IMG/VR virus record: IMGVR_UViG_2671180417_000010
Span: 1-17,035 of that record
DNA length: 17,035 bases
DNA from: a virus
Lineage: Duplodnaviria; Heunggongvirae; Uroviricota; Caudoviricetes
Reading direction: 5' to 3' (one strand)
The first letter of the stretch is position 1. Each line of letters begins with the position of its first letter. The position numbers and the translations under genes were made by a program. This document shows, one piece after another, positions 14,236 through 17,035 of the stretch. A model generated the notes under the pieces. That model had not been told where the DNA came from, ran no database searches, and saw only the letters and a list, made by a program, of their open reading frames with translations.

Positions 14236-15465
14236 TTATTTTCTTCTGGCTACTGGTAGCGTGGTTACGTTTTCATGTGTTCCCGCCAGTATCCCTAACC
14301 GCTCCGTCCACATATCCAGCGCATTGCGTTTAGCATCCAGATAACGGGAATGATTATAAACTCGCTGCATTCCTGGCATCTGGTGGCCTGTAAGCTGCTC
14401 CACGACATGCGGATCAACGCCTAAATCGTTCAGCATGGTTGTAAAGGTGCGCCGGATGTCATGCAGTGACCAGTGAGGATGATTAAGCCTCCTGTGCGCT
14501 AATCTTCCATACTGCGATACGCTGGCCTCCTGTTTCACTTCCCCCAGCAATAAGCCCGTGTGCCTGTTCTGCTCCACCAGCTGCGTGACGAACGGCAGGA
14601 TCGCTTCCGGTATGGGCCGGAATATTGCGACCTTCGTTTTGCTGTGCTCCTTCGGAACGGTCCATAGCATTTCCGTAAAATCCCACTCCCCGATCTCCGA
14701 TAACCTCAGTTCTACCGTTCTGGCTCCGAAGACAATCAGGAGGCGGATTAACGCGACGTAGTAAGGGGAGAATATTTTTTTGTCCAGTGCCTGCAATAAT
14801 TCGCCAAGTTCTTTGTTACTTAAGACACGTTCGCTTATATCCGGTTTTTTCCCAACGTCCGCCACGTTCAGATCGTCCAGAACGTTGCTGATTGCATAGC
14901 GCCGCCTACGGCAGAACTTAAGCGCCTGTTTGCACGCCTGTAGCACGAATCCGGCAGTAACAGGCGTTCGCTTTGCCACCTGGTCAAAACAGGCCAGCCA
15001 GTGCCGTAGCTCGCATTTATCCAGCGGCATAGCACCAATCTGCTGTATTACGTGATTATTAAGTCGCCTTTTCAGGGCGATATAATCCACGCGGTTTTCC
15101 TTTACGTAATACTCAAGCCAGTAGGTGAGCGCATCGCCAACCGTTACCGGCTTTAACGCTTCCTGTACGGTGTAATTAAGCTCATGACGTGGATTTTTCC
15201 CCTCTGCCAGCCATGCGCGACACTGGGCGGCTTTTTCCCTGGCTGATTTCAGGCTCAGATCAGGATAACTTCCCAGCTTAATGCGTTCGGGTCGTGTCTC
15301 CCTTCCCGTTCCGGCCCTGTATGTGAAATACCAGGTCAATTTCCCTGATGTTAAATATTTCACGCTCAGGTTTCCGCCATCACTATAAAACGTGTTTTTC
15401 TCCGCTGGCTTACCATGAAGTTTCCTTAGCAAGGTATCGCTCAGTTTGTTCATTGCTCTGCTCAC
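14236..15465 (-). CDS. int: Site-specific tyrosine integrase (P4 / CP4-type)
   Basis: 409 aa. The ORF-track start at 15465 is GTG with GGGGG 6 nt upstream; ATG alternative at 15453. Catalytic-domain motifs include WSLHDIRRTF (HxxR) and C-terminal GHQM...RVYNHSRYL (Tyr region). N-terminal region resembles an integrase arm-binding domain. Confidence 0.9.
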   Translation of the reverse strand: MSRAMNKLSDTLLRKLHGKPAEKNTFYSDGGNLSVKYLTSGKLTWYFTYRAGTGRETRPERIKLGSYPDLSLKSAREKAAQCRAWLAEGKNPRHELNYTVQEALKPVTVGDALTYWLEYYVKENRVDYIALKRRLNNHVIQQIGAMPLDKCELRHWLACFDQVAKRTPVTAGFVLQACKQALKFCRRRRYAISNVLDDLNVADVGKKPDISERVLSNKELGELLQALDKKIFSPYYVALIRLLIVFGARTVELRLSEIGEWDFTEMLWTVPKEHSKTKVAIFRPIPEAILPFVTQLVEQNRHTGLLLGEVKQEASVSQYGRLAHRRLNHPHWSLHDIRRTFTTMLNDLGVDPHVVEQLTGHQMPGMQRVYNHSRYLDAKRNALDMWTERLGILAGTHENVTTLPVARRK

Positions 15466-15490
15466 GTTTTACCCCCTCTTTACGAAAAAG

Positions 15491-15523
15491 TGACTACACC
15501 AGTGACTACACCGATCGTTGCAC
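15491..15523. repeat. Right copy of terminal direct repeat (TGACTACACC x2 + GATCGTTGCAC), 26 bp upstream of the int start; candidate att junction
   Basis: See 153..185; 31 of 33 identical. Confidence 0.4.
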
Positions 15524-15534
15524 AAAGGGCTACA

Positions 15535-15554
15535 ACGTGAAACAAGCTGGAACA
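15535..15554 (+). promoter_or_regulatory. Two 10-bp-phased GAACAA-type units (GTGAAACAA GCTGGAACAA) 70-90 bp upstream of int
   Basis: Read directly. Same orientation relative to its gene as the array at 7651..7680. Confidence 0.45.
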
Positions 15555-15722
15555 AGGAAAATCACAAATCTGTTGATAATCAAAAACATAATGCACAGCC
15601 TGAAACATTATGAAACAGCAAAAAACACTAAATGATAAAATGCTGTTATTGATTCACGGCCTGGCTTAACGATAACCAGACCGAGTTCCGGTACCAGAAC
15701 AGGTCGAAGTAATACCCGCACA

Positions 15723-16001
15723 TTACCTCCAGATCCGTTGCTGGAATGTGCGGGACGGACGCGCTGGCCGTTCTGAGTAAGGGAGCCTGACGGAGATTAT
15801 CCAGTGACGGTAGTCGAGGCTAAGGGCTTTTTTAACCTCGCATCCGCGCCTGCGGTAACACTGAATGAGCCATTCGGCCTGTTCTTCAGTGCATGGGGGA
15901 TGCTGGTACCAGTCAGATTTGAATGCGTGAAAACACCGTCCGCGCCTGCTGGCAAAGACGGCAGAATCATCAGAATTGTATAATTTGGTATCGTGCGCCA
16001 T
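15723..16001 (-). CDS. Hypothetical protein (about 92 aa) in the right flank
   Basis: The ORF-track start at 16082 is TTG and overlaps the hok terminator hairpin. ATG alternative at 16001 with weak SD. Trp/Arg/Cys-rich. No recognisable motif; could be spurious. Confidence 0.25.
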   Translation of the reverse strand: MAHDTKLYNSDDSAVFASRRGRCFHAFKSDWYQHPPCTEEQAEWLIQCYRRRGCEVKKALSLDYRHWIISVRLPYSERPARPSRTFQQRIWR

Positions 16002-16073
16002 CGGTTGTCTCTGCTGGCGCAGCAGGTGCCAGTTGTTCAGGCTGGCGTGCGAATTGTAAACCAGAATGCCAGG

Positions 16074-16100
16074 AAAAAACAAAACCCGCCGAAGCGGGTT
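16074..16100 (-). terminator. Rho-independent terminator downstream of hok
   Basis: Minus strand reads AACCCGCTTCGGCGGGTT followed by TTTGTTTTTT (hairpin 16083..16100, A-run 16074..16084 on the plus strand). Confidence 0.6.
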
Positions 16101-16168
16101 AAGTGCGGGTGCGTTGAGGATGCCTGATTCATCAGAGGTGGCGAGGGATTTCTCCCTCGCCGGGTCTC

Positions 16169-16324
16169 TTACTCCTCAGGTTCGTAAGCTGTGAAGACAG
16201 CGACCTCCGTCTGGCCGGTTCGGATTCGTACCTCGCAGAGGTCTTTCCTCGTTACCAGTGCCGTCACTATGACGGTGATACAGATGACGATCAGGGCGAT
16301 TAACATCGCCTTTTGCTGCTTCAT
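16169..16324 (-). CDS. hok: Hok/Gef-family type I toxin (small membrane peptide). The in-frame upstream extension to ATG 16381 corresponds to a mok-like frame.
   Basis: 51 aa: MKQQKAMLIALIVICITVIVTALVTRKDLCEVRIRTGQTEVAVFTAYEPEE. Hydrophobic helix followed by the conserved RKDLCE...TGQTEVAVF...AYE pattern of Hok/Gef toxins; closest by recollection to HokC (Gef). The 70-aa ORF 16169..16381 (MLDICRLASYAPKGKEKQA + Hok) resembles MokC organisation. Confidence 0.8.
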   Translation of the reverse strand: MKQQKAMLIALIVICITVIVTALVTRKDLCEVRIRTGQTEVAVFTAYEPEE

Positions 16325-16569
16325 AGCCTGCTTCTCCTTGCCTTTCGGCGCGTAAGAGGCTAACCTACATATGTCTAGCATGAAATTGGCCTCAGATTAA
16401 TGTTAGGCGTCTTGCAGGACGCGTAATGTTAACTGGGGCTTTTCTCTGTCTGCCTTACGGTGGCATGCCCGAGGCAGACAGCCTCAAGCACCCGCAGCAA
16501 TTCTACTTAACTCTCGCTTTACCGCAAACCGTTTTTACCCGATATGGGAATTCCCATATCGTAATGAAT

Positions 16570-16674
16570 TCAGTTCCCTAGTCGATCCATCAAAAACACA
16601 ACCAGGCAGTAAACGCCCACAACAGCAATAACAGCCAGCGCACCTTCTATTGCCAGTGAAATATCATCCGACAT
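16570..16674 (-). CDS. Candidate small hydrophobic membrane peptide (34 aa), below the ORF-track size cut-off
   Basis: GGAGGG SD 3 nt upstream of ATG 16672..16674. Translates to MSDDISLAIEGALAVIAVVGVYCLVVFLMDRLGN, a single predicted transmembrane helix. Not recognised as a named family. Confidence 0.3.
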   Translation of the reverse strand: MSDDISLAIEGALAVIAVVGVYCLVVFLMDRLGN

Positions 16675-16789
16675 ATTCCCTCCTTTGGTGTGAATCCCGG
16701 CGAACGTTTTTACCCCCACCGACAAATAACATATACTAAAAAATCAATAGCTATAGCAACGCCTGTAATTGCAAAGGCTTCAGGCCAGA

Positions 16790-16972
16790 TCATTGGCGCA
16801 CCTCCTGCGGCGGTTCTGGTAGCGGCATCCAGTCGGTTACATTGCGGCTCTGTGTTTCGAAAAATTCATCACCATTACGGACTACATCAAAAAACTCACC
16901 GTCTCGATATTGCGCATAAAGAACGAATGCGCCATCACATAAAATAATTACGTGCTGACCATCATCCGGCAT
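16790..16972 (-). CDS. Hypothetical small acidic protein (60 aa)
   Basis: ATG at 16970..16972 with an in-frame upstream stop inside the window. Protein-like composition (MPDDGQHVIILCDGAFVLYAQYRDGEFFDVV...). The overlapping plus-strand ORF 16690..16947 is His/Arg-rich and less plausible. Confidence 0.35.
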   Translation of the reverse strand: MPDDGQHVIILCDGAFVLYAQYRDGEFFDVVRNGDEFFETQSRNVTDWMPLPEPPQEVRQ

Positions 16973-17035
16973 TCGCTCACTACAGCTTATCCAACCATCC
17001 GGAGTTACCGGATAGTTGGTTGACGTTTCCGAGAT

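Larger units (their letters stand above)
153..15523. mobile_element. Putative capsid-forming phage satellite / PICI-like integrative island (integrase, AlpA, replicase with iteron origin, HK97-type capsid and terminase genes; no tail or lysis genes). Boundaries tentative.
   Basis: Contiguous minus-strand gene set from int (14236..15465) to terL (1100..2761), bounded by near-identical 33-bp direct repeats at 153..185 and 15491..15523. Content matches the described organisation of capsid-forming PICIs. Boundaries are inferred from the repeats only. Confidence 0.6.

Noticed and set aside
15466-15722. Possible tRNA or tmRNA integration target adjacent to int
   Set aside because: I looked for a tRNA T-arm and 3' end (GGTTCGAATCC...CCA or its complement) at both junctions and found none, so no tRNA is called; the target appears to be non-tRNA.
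1-17035. Complete temperate prophage
   Set aside because: No tail, tape-measure, baseplate, tail-fibre, holin, endolysin or CI/Cro-type immunity genes anywhere, and the element is only about 15 kb; a satellite is the better fit.

Overview
Most of the window (about 153..15523) is one integrative mobile element, read almost entirely on the minus strand, that looks like a capsid-forming phage satellite (cf-PICI-like island). All calls come from reading the sequence and the ORF translations; no database search was run, so family names are recognition from motifs, not hits. From right to left it carries: a tyrosine integrase (14236..15465) and an AlpA-family regulator (13681..13869); a switch region with a small plus-strand ribbon-helix-helix-like protein; an early operon of small ORFs ending in a 714-aa P-loop replication initiator (9105..11249) followed by an iteron array (8805..9080); a hypothetical protein, an SSB-like protein and a PerC-like small regulator; then a complete HK97-type head and packaging module (major capsid, prohead protease, portal, head-closure, gp6-like connector, HNH endonuclease, TerS, TerL). 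No tail, tail-fibre, tape-measure, holin or endolysin gene is present anywhere in the window. The right flank (15.7-17.0 kb) holds a mok/hok-type type I toxin gene with its terminator. Several repeat families are not explained by the coding features: near-identical terminal direct repeats, 10-bp-phased GAACAA arrays at five loci, a GGTGTCAGCCAC triple repeat, and a left-end cluster of CCCAAA/TTTGGG palindromes. The ORF track uses non-ATG starts in places (TerL = TTG, integrase and capsid ORF = GTG), so several starts were re-set by inspection.
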